Program-made: the position numbers and the translations under genes
Notes under the pieces: model-generated
The model's database searches: none
Told to the model about the DNA's origin: nothing
What the model saw: only the letters and a program-made list of their open reading frames with translations
Shown: piece by piece, positions 45,339-58,336 of the stretch
Position numbering within the stretch: the stretch's first letter is position 1
How the letters are laid out: every line of letters begins with the position of its first letter
Assembly: GCF_964213995.1 (NCBI RefSeq)
Contig: NC_135830.1
Location: forward strand, 12,090,001-12,154,000
Source: Mustelus asterias
Lineage: Eukaryota
Reading direction: 5' to 3'
Length of the DNA stretch: 64,000 bases

Positions 45339-47282
45339 TTGGAAACTGGTGAGAATCTGTTTCCTTGCTCCTCCTGTGGGAAGGGATTGATACAGCTGGA
45401 AAACATGCTGACACGACAGCGAACTCGCAATAGTGAGAGTTCATTCACCTGCTCCGTGTGTGGGAAGAAATTCATGTGTTCGTCCAACCTGCTGGCTCAC
45501 CAACTCAATCACATTATTCAGAAGCCTCTTCAAAGCTCTGACTCTGGGGAAAGCATTGAAACCTCTGAGGAACAGGCCCAACACCAGCTCCTTCACACTG
45601 ACGAGAGACCGTTCAGCTGCTCCCACTGCGGGAAGAGGTTCAGCCAGTCCTCCTGCCTTGCCGAGCACCAGCTCCTTCACACACACGAGAGACCGTTCAG
45701 CTGCTCTCACTGTGGGGAGTCGTTCAGCAACTCAGTGCATCTCACTGAGCACCAACAAGTTCACACCAAGGACAGGCCATTCAGCTGCTCCTAGTGTGGG
45801 AAGAGATTCACTCAGTCCTCCCACTGCACCGTTCACCAACTGGTTCATTCTCAGAAGAGACATTTTAAATGTTTTAAATGTGAGAAGACCTTCAAAAAAA
45901 GGATTAGTCTGCTGAGACACCAGGGCACTCACACCGGGGAGAGGCCGTACCCCTGTTCTGTTTGTGGGAAGAGATTCGCTCATTCATCTCATCTTCTGAC
46001 ACACAAGCGAGTTCACACTGGGGAGAGGCCTCTCCTCTGCTCCCTGTGTGGGAAGAGATTCACTCGATTTTCACACCTTTTGACACACAAGAGTATTCAC
46101 ACTGGAGGGAAACCATTCACCTCCTCAATGTGTAGAAAGGAAGAAGTTCAATCAACTGACCAGCTGACACACCAGCGAGTTCACACTGGGGAGAAGCTGT
46201 TCACCTGCTCGGTGTGTGGGAAGGAATTCACTCGGTCTTACTATCTTCTGAGGCACCAGCGAGTTCACACTGGGGAGAGGCCATTCCTCTGCTCCGTGTG
46301 TGGGAAGATGTTTCCTCATTCATCCCAGCTTGTGATACACGAGCGTGTTCACACAGGGGAGAGGCCTTACGTTTGCCCTGTGTGCGGGAAAGCATTTGCT
46401 TCTTTACAACACCTGCTGAAACATCGGCCTGTTCACACCGGGGAGAAGCCATTCTCTTGCTCCATTTGTGGCAAGAGATTCACTCAGTCATCTGACCTGC
46501 TGAGACACCAATACATTCACACAGGGGACAGGCCGTTCACCTGCTCTGTGTGTGGGAAGGGATTCATTGATTCATCCCGCCTGCAGACACACCAGCGAGT
46601 TCACACTGGGGAGAAGCCGTTCACCTGCTCTGTGTGTGGGAAGGGATACACTCAGGTATCCAGCCTGCAGAGACACCAGCGAGTTCACACTGCGACAGAA
46701 CCATTCACCTGCTCTCAGTGTGGGAAGGGATTCACTGATCCATCCCACCTGCAGACACACCAGCGAGTTCACACCGGGGAGAAGCCGTTCACCTGCTCTG
46801 TGTGTGGGAAGGGATACACTCAGGTATCCAACCTGCAGAGACACCAGCGAGTTCACACCGGGGAGAGGCCGTTCCTGTGCTCTGTGTGTGGAAAGGGATT
46901 CGCTCAGTCGTCTGGCCTGCTGAGACACCAACGCATTCACACCGGGGAGAAGCTGTTCACCTGCTCTGTGTGTGGGAAGGGATTCACTGATTCATCCTAT
47001 ATGCAGAGACACCAGCGAGCTCACACTGCGACAGAACCATTCACCTGCTCCCTGTGTGGGAAGGGATTCACTGATCCATCCCGCCTGCAGAGACACCAGC
47101 GAGTTCACACTGGGACAGAACCGTTCACCTGCTCCCTGTGTGGGAAGGGATTCACTGATCCATCCCGCCTGCAGAGACACCAGCGAGTTCACACTGGGGC
47201 AAAACCTTTCAACTGCTCCATGTGTGGGAAGGGATTTAATCAGTATTACAGCCTGCTGAAACATAGACGACTTCATGTGTGA
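45339..47282 (+). pseudogene. ZNF-F: ~23 finger positions in one frame, interrupted by a single TAG (45792-45794)
   Basis: ORFs 45339..45794 and 46080..47282 share a frame, and 45795-46079 is open and encodes fingers. Thirteen intact fingers lie downstream of an internal Met near 46128. Confidence 0.7.
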
Positions 47283-47348
47283 CTGGCAAAGTTGGATTCT
47301 GTTGTTTCTGCGCCCTGAGATAAACAGTAACAATTGGATCAATAGTTG

Positions 47349-47697
47349 AGGCAGTGGCACAGTGGAATTATCACTGGACTCAGGGTAAGGCTCTGGGGAC
47401 CCAGGTTCGAATCCCACCACAGGCAATGGTGAAATTTGAATTCAATTAAAATCTCGAATTAAAAGTCTAATGACAAACCTTAACCATTGTTGATCGTCGT
47501 CAAAACCACTCTGGTTCAGTCATGTCCTTTAAGAAAGGAAACCTGCTGTCCTTACCTGGTCTGGCCTACATGTGACTCCAGACCCACAGCAATGTGGTTG
47601 ACTCTCAATGCCTTCTGAAATGGAGGGCAGTTAGAGATGGGCAAGAAATGCTGGCCCAGCCAGTGACGTCTATATCCAGTAAAAATGAATTTTTAAA
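47349..47697 (+). mobile_element. tRNA-derived SINE (same family as 44514-44860)
   Basis: Co-linear similarity across head, body and tail. Confidence 0.75.
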
Positions 47698-49219
47698 AAG
47701 TTCCTCAGGATCTCAGTAACCTCCTCCAGTCCCACAACACTCTGTGTAAATACAAGTTGTTGCTGATTATGCCCTGAGATAGAGAATGTGAACCCGATTC
47801 CCCTCGTCCACCAACACAGCAACTTCTTCACAAAAATTGAAGCACATGGGATTGGGGCGAATGTATTGAGATTGAAAACTTGTTGGCAGACAGGAAATAG
47901 AGTAAGAGTAAACAGGTCTTTTTCCAACTGGCAGGCAGTGATTATTGTGGTAATGCAGGATCAGTGCTGAGACCCCAGCTAGTCACCTGCCATGGGTCTG
48001 CTGTTTTATTCCCCCTGTTTATTATGCATAATTTCTAAATTGCTGCTTCTTCATATTCTGATTTAAAACCATGGATAAGCTCAAACCACTTTTGGATAAC
48101 CTGTGACTCCCTGATCAAGAATCTTACCGACCACTGCATGCCATTCTGGTCACCGTATTATAAAAAAGATATTTCGGCACTGGAGAAGGGTACAGAGATG
48201 ATTTTTAATGATGATACCAGAAATGTAGAAAGCAGCTCACCATCACCTTCTCAAGGTCAATCAGGGGTTAGCAATAAATGCTGGCCAAGCGCGCGATGTC
48301 CACATCCCATAAATGATTTTTAAACTGTGTGTTTGGTTATCCATCAGGAAAGGATTGACACGCTCACACTTTCTTGAAAAATTAAGGCTGAGGAGTAACC
48401 TAATAGAGGGCTTCAAAATTATAAAAGGTTTTGAAAGAATGTTTCCTCTTGTGCAGAAGGACAAAACTGGAGACCATCAATACAAGACAGTCGCCAAGAA
48501 ACCCAATAGGAAATCCAAGATAAATTTCTCCACCCAAAGAATGGTGAGAATATGGAAATCATGACCACAGGGAGTGAAATGAACAGTATCGATGTCTTTC
48601 AGGGGAAGCTCAACAAATATTTGTGTGTGATTTTATAATTCATTCAGGATTTATTTCAAAAAAACTAAGAACAATAAGGTGACAGGAGATATTTTGAGGC
48701 ATCTGAGAGTCTGTGTGTGTGTGTGAGGGTGTCTGTGAGTGTGTGTGTTACTTCTCATTGGTTCACACCAACCTTCCTCTTTCTGAGCAGACATTCTGGC
48801 CCCTGATAAACCCATTGAGTGATTTGAATGGTACAATTCAGAGATTCTTCATCCAGGGTGAAACCACAGGCTGACTGTGTGCTGTGTAAAACCAGACACC
48901 TACACAACCTAATCCCACTTCTCCTGGAACAACGTGAAGTGACTACAATTTTCCAGATTGATTTCTTTGCTCTCAATATTCTTTCAGATAGTTCATAAAT
49001 TCCATGAGTACGTTATCCTTTAACACCCCTATGGTGTCCAGTTTAAATACTTTCCTCAATCTGACCAACATATAGCAATGGGATTGCTGCTATTACAGGG
49101 ATCCATTCTGTAAATCTGATTCCTGGCTCTCTGGAGTAATGCATTGATCCAGACTTTCCCACTTAACGCCAATCCATCATTCCATCTGAGTTCCAGATTT
49201 TAATATGATTTCTCAAAAC

Positions 49220-49940
49220 ACAGGCAGCAAAGTGGCACAGTGATCAGCAGTGCCAGGGACCAGAGTTCAATTCTGGCCTCAGGTGTTACAAGGAAGCTTA
49301 CATTAACACTGCAATGAAGTTACTGTGAAAATCCCCTAGTCGTCACGCTTGGCGCCTGTTCAGGTGCACTGAAGGAGAATTTAGCACAGCCAATGCAGCT
49401 AAGCAGCATGTCTTTCGGACTGTGGGAGGAAACCCATGCAGCTACAGAGAGAACGTGCAAACTCCACACAGTCACCCAAGACTGGAATTGAACCGGATCC
49501 CTGGCACTCTGAGGTAGCATTGCTAACCACTGTGCCACAGCTCTCTGTGTGGAGTTTGCACGTTCTCCCTGTGTCTGCATGAGTTTGCTCAGAGTGCTCC
49601 AATTTCATCCCACACTCCAAAGATGTGCAGGTTAGGTGGATTGGCCATGGCAAATTGCCTCTTAGTGTATGGGTTGGGGGAATTAATGAGGTAAATACAT
49701 GTCACACAAAATCCTTCTTCATCTCAAACTATAAATCTCTGTCCCCACAGACTTCCTCCTTCCTAAAGTAAAGTTTATTTATAAGTCACAAGTAAGGCTT
49801 ACATTAACACTGCAATGAAGTTACTGTGAAATTCCCCTAATTGCCACCATCCGGCACCTGTTCGGGTCAATGCACCTAATCAGCATGTCTTTCAGACTGT
49901 GGGAGGAAACTGGAGCACGTGGAGGAACCTCATGCAGGCC
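49220..49940. mobile_element. Nested degenerate V-SINE fragments in both orientations
   Basis: Plus-strand SINE (49220-49283 and 49543-49690) split by a minus-strand alternative-tail SINE (49290-49540); a further minus-strand tail at 49765-49935. Confidence 0.65.
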
Positions 49941-50149
49941 TATTGATACGATTGATTGTAACACTATCCTCCACTTTCTTTTTCCCCAGTTCTCCTCCCC
50001 TGAAGGTGCTGACTCTCGGGATCAGTTTCACACTCACCTGCTGCCTTCCCCAATGTCACCCAAGTGTCTAAATCTTTCCACCTGAAGTTAACAAACTGTT
50101 TTGTAAAGGGGACATCCCAATCCAATCCAGTGACTCCCCACATGTACTT

Positions 50150-50507
50150 TGTGTCAGTGTGGGGTCACTGCGCCCCCCACTCCCACTTTCCATCACAGTC
50201 CCAGGAGTTTAGAGACTGGGCTCCGGATGAGTAATGGCGGCCGCAGCTCCCACAATCGCCCACGATGGAGAAACCGCTCTATCCACCACGCGGGCGGGCC
50301 ACATTGGGCTGCGCATGTCCAGAGGAGAGGGGAAGCTGCGCATGTGCAAAGAGAGCTCACCCCCTGACCTTCATGCTGAAGTGTTGACCAATGGAAAGAG
50401 TTGGAGGACCGGAAGGACTCTGGTCCTCCAGCAATCAGAGTGCGGGCGTTTTGTGAATGAACATGGAGATGCAGTCAGACAAAATCTTTCTGCTCTCTCT
50501 AATATCT
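50150..50507 (+). promoter_or_regulatory. Promoter and exon 1 of ZNF-G
   Basis: YY1-like AATGGCGGC (~50233), two CTGCGCATGT motifs, CCAAT module, donor ATCT|GTGAGTAAAACAC at 50507/50508. Confidence 0.65.
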
Positions 50508-51279
50508 GTGAGTAAAACACTTTCTTTTCTCCCTCTTTCAATTTATTTTCTCATTCTGGGGAAAATTGGGGACTTGCAGCAACTGAAGGGAATGAAGTGA
50601 ATCCAGTCTGTACATTCCACACATTTTTACTCCAGTAATGTAGACATTTATCTATCTGGCAGCCTGCATGGAGATTTTCAGCTCTCTGTGTCCAGGACAG
50701 GAAGCAGTGAGCATGGATCTGTCAATCAGCCTCAATCAGCACCTTCAGGAGAATTGGGAGGGTGAATATTAGATACAGCGGAGTGAGAATGGAGGGAGAG
50801 TGTGTGGGATGGAGATTCACAGCTTTTGGGGAATGAGGGAGGAAAGAATGTTCCACAGAAAGTAGAATTGTCTGTTCTGAATTTCTATCTTGTATTGACA
50901 GTGATGACTTCAATAAATTCCTTTTACAGAATATCAGAAGGTGAGGATTTACAGACAGTAATCTCAAAGCAAATGTCACATCAATATCTGACAGTTATTC
51001 AATTCATCATGTCCTGAACATCATCAGCCTTTGTATCTGGAAGGAGAAATATTTCTCTGTTCTTTTTGCTTCTGGAGATTTTAAACATCAGCGTGACTGA
51101 GAATTTACCAAGTCTCACGCACACACCCGAGTGAGAGTGTTCCAGTGCACTGACTGTGGAAAGAGCTTTAATCAGTGAAAAAAACATTGCGGCATTCACA
51201 GCAGGGAGAGACTGTACCCGTGTTCTGTGTGAGATTTAACTGATTGTTTAACCTGGAGAGTCACAAGGACACCTGCACC

Positions 51280-52038
51280 ATGGAGAAACCGTGGAAATGT
51301 GGGGACTGTGGGAAGGGATTCAGGTTCCCATCTGAGCTGGAAACTCATCGACGCATTCACACTGGGGAGCGGCCGTTCACCTGCTCTGTGTGTGGGAAGG
51401 GATTCTATGATTCATCCAACCTGCAAACACACCAACGAATTCACACGGGGAAGAGACCATTCACCTGTTCTGATTGTGGTACCGGATTTACTCAGTTATG
51501 TCATCTGCAGACACACCAGCAAATTCACACTGCGGAGAGACCGTTTACCTGTCCTGTGTGTGGGAAGGGATTCACTGACTTATCCAGCCTGCGGATACAC
51601 CAGCGAGTACATTCCGGGGAGAGGCCGTTCAACTGTCCTGTGTGTGGGAAAGGATTCACTTGGTTATCCAGCATGCGCAGACACAGAGTCACTCACAGCA
51701 ATGAGAGACCCTATAAATGCTCTGAATGTGGGAGCGACTTCAAAAGCTCTCAGGTTCTGATGTCCCACCAGCGCATTCACACTGAGGAGAGACCGTTCAG
51801 TTGCTCTCACTGCTCAAAGAGATTTAGAATGTCATCCTATCTGCGGGTACACCAGCGAGTTCACACTGGGGAGAAACAATTCACTTGCTCTGCCTGTGGA
51901 AAAGGATTCACTCAGTTAACCAATCTGCAGAGACACCAGCGAGTTCATACTGGGGAGAGGCCATTCACCTGCACCTTGTGTGAGAACGGGTTCACTCAGT
52001 CATCCCACCTGCAGACACACCAACGAGTTCACAAGTGA
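51280..52038 (+). CDS. ZNF-G: tandem C2H2 protein, 9 fingers (252 aa from MEKPWKC)
   Basis: Nine canonical fingers. Inferred upstream exons end at 50507 and span 50682-50761; terminal-exon acceptor at 50929/50930. Confidence 0.9.
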   Translation: MEKPWKCGDCGKGFRFPSELETHRRIHTGERPFTCSVCGKGFYDSSNLQTHQRIHTGKRPFTCSDCGTGFTQLCHLQTHQQIHTAERPFTCPVCGKGFTDLSSLRIHQRVHSGERPFNCPVCGKGFTWLSSMRRHRVTHSNERPYKCSECGSDFKSSQVLMSHQRIHTEERPFSCSHCSKRFRMSSYLRVHQRVHTGEKQFTCSACGKGFTQLTNLQRHQRVHTGERPFTCTLCENGFTQSSHLQTHQRVHK

Positions 52039-52589
52039 TCTCAGGGGTTGAATTCTGCTGTTATTGCTGCTGTTAATCACATCCGGGACTGGGCTCATTG
52101 GCAGGCTCTTTAACAGAAAGTGAGTCCCTCTAAGGTAATTGGCAAAAGAGCCAGAGGGGGAGATGAGATTTTATTTTTGACACAGCGATGTTAGAAAATG
52201 GGGTTCAGGGAGTCAATTAACCCTTTCTCCCCTTTTCCCAAACTCTGAAATGATTCCCAGTGATAACCCTTATTGGTGACAGTGGTTAGATTTTATTCAG
52301 TATCAATAAGAGCTGACACAGGCTAATGTCTGAGCAGTCGTATCAAAGTGCAGCAGCATTACCATTACACTCTGGGTAGAAGCAGCATCTCCACGGAAAT
52401 GCTCCCTGCTCTGCCCCAGATGCCATGGCACCAGTCAATGCAATATGTAAAACCTCGACAAATCTCTGTGCTCGGTGAAGCCCTTCTTATACTTTTTTAC
52501 ATCACAAAGTCTATGGAGACTGATTTAACCCAATCATTGCCGAGCCAACATTTGAACGGACCAATTACAAAACCAAATGGTGCAAAGGG

Positions 52590-53000
52590 ACAAGAGGGAC
52601 ATGAGTCCCTGGAAGGTGTTGAAGATAATTTTCTGCAGCAGTGTGTTTCTGCTCCAATGAGAGGGCAGGCACTGCTGGACCTGGTTCTGGGGAATGAGTT
52701 GGCCCAAGTGGATCAAATATCAGTGGGAGAGCATTGAGGGGAGAGTGACCATTGTATTATAAGGTTCAGGTTGGCCATGGAAAAGGACAAGGAACGATCC
52801 AGAACGGGGATCATTAATGGAGGGAAAGCCTCACCTTCGATAGGATGAGAATGGATCTGAGTCGAGTGAGTTGGAATCAAATGTTGGCAGAAAAGCCGCT
52901 GGCTGAACAATGGGCCACCTTTAAGGAAAATCTATTGTGGGCAATGTCAGGGTTTATTCCCTTAAAGGGGAAGGTTGGAGAACTAAATCCAGGGAACCAA
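52590..53000 (+). mobile_element. Old CR1 endonuclease-region fragment
   Basis: DNFLQQCVSAPMRGQALLDLVLGNE...EH*GESDH. Confidence 0.75.
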
Positions 53001-53037
53001 ATCGTCAAACCTGGAGAGTCACAAGGCCGTCCATACC

Positions 53038-55652
53038 CTGACGATATGGTGGACTTATCTGTTGAGGTAGTATGGGCGGAGATTAGAAATAGGAGAGGAG
53101 AGGTCACCCTGTTGGGAGTCTTTTATAGACCTCCTAAAAGTTCTAGAGAGGTTGAGGAAAGGATTGCGGAGTCAATCCTGCTTAGGAGTGAAAGTAATAG
53201 GGCAATTGTTATGGGGGATTTTAACTTGACTCATATTGACTGGAATTGTTATAGCTCTAGCTCGTTAGAGGGGTCAGTTTTTGTTCAAAGCGTGCAGGAA
53301 GGTTTTTTGACTCAGTATGTAGACAGGCCAACTAGAGGTGAGGCTATATTGGATCTGGTGCTGGGAAATGAGCCAGACCAGGTGCTAGACTTGGAAGTTG
53401 GTGTGCATTTTGGTGATAGTGACCACAATTCGGTTACGTTCACCTTAGTGATGGAAAGGGATAGGCATGAACCTCGGGCCAGTGGTTTTAGCTGGGGGAA
53501 GGGTAATTATGAGGCTATTAGGAGAGAATTAGGAAACATAGGTTGGACTAGGAGATTACAGGGACTGGGAACGTCCGACATGTGGAGTTTTTTCAAGGAG
53601 CAGCTACTGCGAGTCTGTGATAGGTATGTCCCTGTCAGGCAAGGAGGAATTGGTAGGGCTAGGGAACCGTGGTGCATCAAAAAGGTTTCTTTGTTGGTTA
53701 AAAAGAAAAAGGAGGCTTATGTTCGGATGAGACGTGAGCACTCGGGTAGTGCACTAGAAAGCTTTAGATTGGCTAAGAGGGAGTTGAAGAGCGAGCTTAG
53801 AAGGGCTAAAAGGGGACATGAGAAGACTTTGGCGGATAGGGTTAAAGAGAATCCTAAGGCGTTCTATAGGTATGTCAAGAACAGAAGGTTGGTTAGGGCA
53901 AGTTTAGGGCCAGTTATAGATGGCAGAGGGAAGTTATGTGTGGAACCGGAGGAGATTGGTGAAGCATTGAACCAATATTTCTCTTCGGTGTTCACGCAAG
54001 GGGACATGAATATAGCTGAGGAGGACACTGGGTTGCAGGGGAGTAGAATAGACAGTATTACAGTTGATAAGGAGGATGTGCAGGATATTCTGGAGGGTCT
54101 GAAAATAGATAAATCCCCTGGTCCGGATGGGATTTATCCAAGGATTCTCTGGGAGGCAAGAGAAGTGATTGCAGAGCCTCTGGCTCTGATCTTCAGGTCG
54201 TCGTTGGCCTCTGGTATAGTACCAGAAGATTGGAGGTTAGCGAATGTTGTCCCATTGTTTAAGAAGGGGAACAGAGACTTCCCCGGGAATTATAGACCGG
54301 TGAGTCTCACTTCTGTTGTCGGCAAGATGTTGGAAAAAATTATAAGGGATAGGATTTATAGTTATTTGGAGAGTAATGAATTGATAGGTGATAGTCAGCA
54401 TGGTTTTGTGGCAGGTAGGTCGTGCCTTACTAACCTTATTGAGTTTTTTGAGAAAGTGACCAAGGAGGTGGATGGGGGCAAGGCAGTGGACGTGGTATAT
54501 ATGGATTTTAGTAAGGCGTTTGATAAGGTTCACCATGGTAGGCTTCTGCAGAAAATGCAGATGTATGGGATTGCGGGTGATCTAGGAAATTGGATCAGGA
54601 ATTGGCTAGCGGATAGGAAACAGTGGTTGATAGTAAATATTCATCATGGAGTGCGGTTACAAGTGGTGTACCTCAGGGATCTGTTTTGGGGCCACTGCTG
54701 TTTGTAATATTTATTAATGATCTGGATGAGGGTATAGTTGGGTGGATTAGCAAATTTGCTGATGACACCAAAGTCGGTGGTGTGGTAGACAGTGAGGAAG
54801 GGTGTCGTAGTTTGCAGGAAGACTTAGACAGGTTGCAAAGTTGGGCCGAGAGGTGGCGGATGGAGTTTAATGCGGAGAAGTGTGAGGTAATTCACTTTGG
54901 TAGGAATAACAGATGTGTTGAGTATAGGGCTAACGGGAGGACTTTGAATAGTGTGGAGGAGCAGAGGGATCTAGGTGTATGTGTGCATAGATCCCTGAAA
55001 GTTGGGAATCAAGTAGATAAGGTTGTTAGGAAGGCATATGGTGTCTTGGCGTTTATTGGTAGGGGGATTGAATTTAGGAGTCGTAGCGTTATGTTGCAAC
55101 TGTACACAACTCTGGTGCGGCCGCACTTGGAGTACTGTGTGCAGTTCTGGTCCCCACATTACAGGAAGGATGTGGAGGCTTTGGAGAGGGTGCAGAGGAG
55201 GTTTACCAGGATGTTGCCTGGTATGGAGGGGAGATCCTATGAGGAGAGGCTGAGGGATTTGGGATTGTTTTCGCTGGAAAGGCGGCGGCTAAGAGGGGAT
55301 CTTATTGAAACATATAAGATGATTAGAGGTTTAGATAGGGTGGATAGTGATAGCCTTTTTCCTCTGATGGAGAAATCCAGCACGAGGGGGCATGGCTTTA
55401 AATTGAGGGGGGGTAGTTATAGAACCGATGTCAGGGGTAGGTTCTTTACCCAGAGGGTGGTGAGGGATTGGAATGCCCTGCCAGCATCAGTTGTAAATGC
55501 GCCTAGTTTGGGGGCGTTTAAGAGATCCGTAGATAGGTTCATGGACGAAAAGAAATTGGTTTAGGTTGGAGGGTCACAGTTTTTTTTTTAACTGGTCGGT
55601 GCAACATCGTGGGCCGAAGGGCCTGTTCTGCGCTGTAATGTTCTATGTTCTA
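53038..55652 (+). mobile_element. Young 5'-truncated CR1 LINE (2.6 kb; partial APE endonuclease plus RT; one frameshift near 54620)
   Basis: LGVFYRPP, MGDFN, LDLVL, GDSDHN endonuclease motifs; complete RT motifs; hairpin and TTCTATGTTCTA tail. Confidence 0.95.
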
Positions 55653-56339
55653 AATGTGGGGATTGTAGGAAAGGATTCCATGCCCCCTGTGAACTGGAAA
55701 CCCATCGACCCAGGCACAGCAGAAAGAGGCGTCCATCTGCTCTGTGTGTGGGAAGGGATTCATTGATTCATCCACCCTGCAGCAACACCAGCGAGTTCAC
55801 ACTGGGGAGAGGCCATTCACCTGCTCTGTGTGGGGGAAGAGATTCAGTAATTCCTCCATTCTGCTGATATACCAGCAAGTTCACACTGGGGAGAGGCCAT
55901 TCACCTGCTCTGTGTGGGGGAAGAGATTCAGTAATTCCTCCATTCTGCTGATGTACCAGCAAGTTCACACTGGGGAGAAACCGTTCACTTGTTCTGAGTG
56001 TGGGAAGGGACTCAATGACTCATCAACCCTGCTGATACACCAGCGCATTCACACGGGAGAGAGGCCATTCCCCTACTCTGAGTGTAGGAAGGGATTCACT
56101 CAGTTATCCAATCTGCTGAGACACCAGTGCACTCCCCACCAATGAGAAAACCTTTAAATGCTCTGATTGTGGGAGTTGTTTCAGAAACTCTGCCGACCTG
56201 AAGATCCACCAGTGCATTCATACTGGGGAGAGACCGTTCTGCTGCTCTCACTGCACAAGGAGGTTTCGAACATCATCCAAGCGACTGAGCCATTGGCGAG
56301 TTCACACTGGGGAGAGGCCTTTCACCCACCCTGTGTGTG

Positions 56340-56944
56340 AACATATAGAACAGTACAGCACAGAACAGGCCTTTCGGCCGACGATGTGCCGAGCTTTATC
56401 CGAAACCAAGATCAAGCTATCCCACTCCCTATCATCCTGGTGTGCTCCATGTGCCTATCCAATAACCGCTTAAATGTTCCTAAAGTGTCTGACTCAACTA
56501 TCACTGCAGGCAGTCCATTCCACACCCCAACCACTCTCTGCGTAAAGAACCTACCTCTGATATCCTTCCTGTATCTCCCACCATGAACCCTATAGTTATG
56601 CCCCCTTGTAATAGCTCCATCCACCCGAGGAAATAGTCTTTGAACGTTCACTCTATCTATCCCCTTCATCATTTTATAAACCTCTATTAAGTCTCCCCTC
56701 AGCCTCCTCCGCTCCAGAGAGAACAGCCCTAGCTCCCTCAACCTTTCCTCATGAGACCTACCCTCCAAACCAGGCAGCATCCTGGTAAATTTCCTCTGCA
56801 CTCTTTCCAGCGTTTCCACATCCTTCTTATAGTGAGGTGACCAGAACTGCACACAATATTCCAAATGTGGTCTCACCAAGGTCCTGTACAGTTGCAGCAT
56901 AACCCCACGGCTCTTAAACTCCAACCCCTGTTAATAAAAGCTAA
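56340..56944 (-). mobile_element. CR1 LINE 3' end inserted into ZNF-H, probable TGTGTG TSD
   Basis: ORF 56412..56924 is the ORF2 C-terminus; finger-coding sequence resumes at 56945. Confidence 0.9.
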
Positions 56945-57035
56945 TGTGTGGATGGGAGTCACTTGGTCATCGGAGCTGCTGGGACACTCGGGCAGTCACA
57001 CTGATTGGAGCCTTTCTTGATGCTCTGACTGTGGG

Positions 57036-57209
57036 TGTTAATTGTATCGATTAAGGTGAACTACATGGAGGTTATTGATTGGATCTATAAAGGGACAGTT
57101 AGTGACGGTGCCTGGAGTTAGGAGGTATACACCTGTAATGTTTCACTCTGTGAATAAATCTACACCAAATAAAGATTGACTCCATCCTAAGGCTGTCAGG
57201 ATTATCACA
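57036..57209 (+). mobile_element. Possible short solo LTR
   Basis: TGT...ACA ends, TATAAA near 57086, AATAAA near 57153 and 57168. No TSD found. Confidence 0.3.
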
Positions 57210-58317
57210 TTCATTGCAGCGCAGGTATCTTTCCTCAACTCCAGTAGATGTTCCGACAGTTTCAGGATCCACTTCCTGTTGGAAAGCAGCATCTCAGTAA
57301 GTTTCCCTTTGGATCATCGGTTATCCTCACCTGCTCTGTTGTGGGGTAATTTGAGATGGCCAATTATGTTTTAATTTAATGTAAAACTCATGAGGCAGGT
57401 ATCTCTATGTCGTTAAAAAGGGCGGCATGGACATGTTGGGCCGAAGGGCCTGTTTGCATGCTTATACCTCTGCGACTCTATGACTCTATCTCACCTTCCT
57501 GATTCTCCCAGATACTGATTACAGATGAGTCAGCCTCCGATTTAAATGGATGAAGGAGATATCATTATGCTGTGTTGTAAAATGCGATTGGCTGAGCAAC
57601 TTGTCAGGAATTATTATTGATGTATGTTTACTGAACGTAATTGATTCTTAAACTAATATGAGGTCGGAACGATCGGTACGAAAATCTATAATTGATCTGT
57701 TATTGATGGTACACGTTAGATGCATCGGAAAGATCCTGCCGCTCGGTTCCAGAGCTATTTCGCCCTTTTGGTCATCTCCAAGCAGCTGATAGTTCTGTTT
57801 TTGTTTTAAATAAATGTTCCGTCCTTACACAGAGATATCTGCCACGTGAGTTTTATATTGTCTGTAGTGAAATACAGTATTGGTCATCTCAAATTATCCC
57901 ATAGCACTCGCCTTAATTTGGAAATTTGTAATCTATTATGTGCTTATGTGAAATGCACCTCAGTCTCTTGGTTTCACCTCATGGTTTGCACCTCTGCTCT
58001 GTATGTGTTCTCTATCTAGCTTGTGGCATGTCTGCCTTGTATTTCATCGGACGAAATATAGAGAGATTCACACTGTTAACCCACGCTGCAGCGACACTGA
58101 TAGTTTTTTTAAGGGGCAGTGTAAAGGAAACTATCTTCTGCCACACACTGTCCTGCATCGGCCTCTGATGAAACAGAGCCTTTGCTTGTTAGAATTACCT
58201 GAAACTCGGTCAGTGACAGACCAGTTTATGAGTGAAATCACCGAGGTTCTTCTCATTCTTCACTCGCTCTGTCTCTGGATTTTATCATAAAAAGGCAGAG
58301 ATGAAGGTGTCTTTAAT

Positions 58318-58336
58318 TGGCCACTGGGTGGCGCAG
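58318..58336 (+). promoter_or_regulatory. Candidate CTCF site
   Basis: TGGCCACTGGGTGGCGCAG versus the core consensus TGGCCACYAGRKGGCGC, one core mismatch. Confidence 0.5.

Larger units (their letters stand above)
53001..57035 (+). pseudogene. ZNF-H pseudogene, split by two CR1 insertions (pieces 53001-53037, 55652-56339, 56945-57035)
   Basis: SSNLESHKAVHT | LINE | [19 protein letters not shown]..., then fingers with C-to-W changes, frameshifts and stops. Confidence 0.85.

Noticed and set aside
52845-54707. 620-aa ORF as a gene or intact LINE ORF2
   Set aside because: Chance in-frame fusion of an old CR1 piece, ~37 nt of ZNF-H read off-frame and a 5'-truncated CR1 that frameshifts inside RT.
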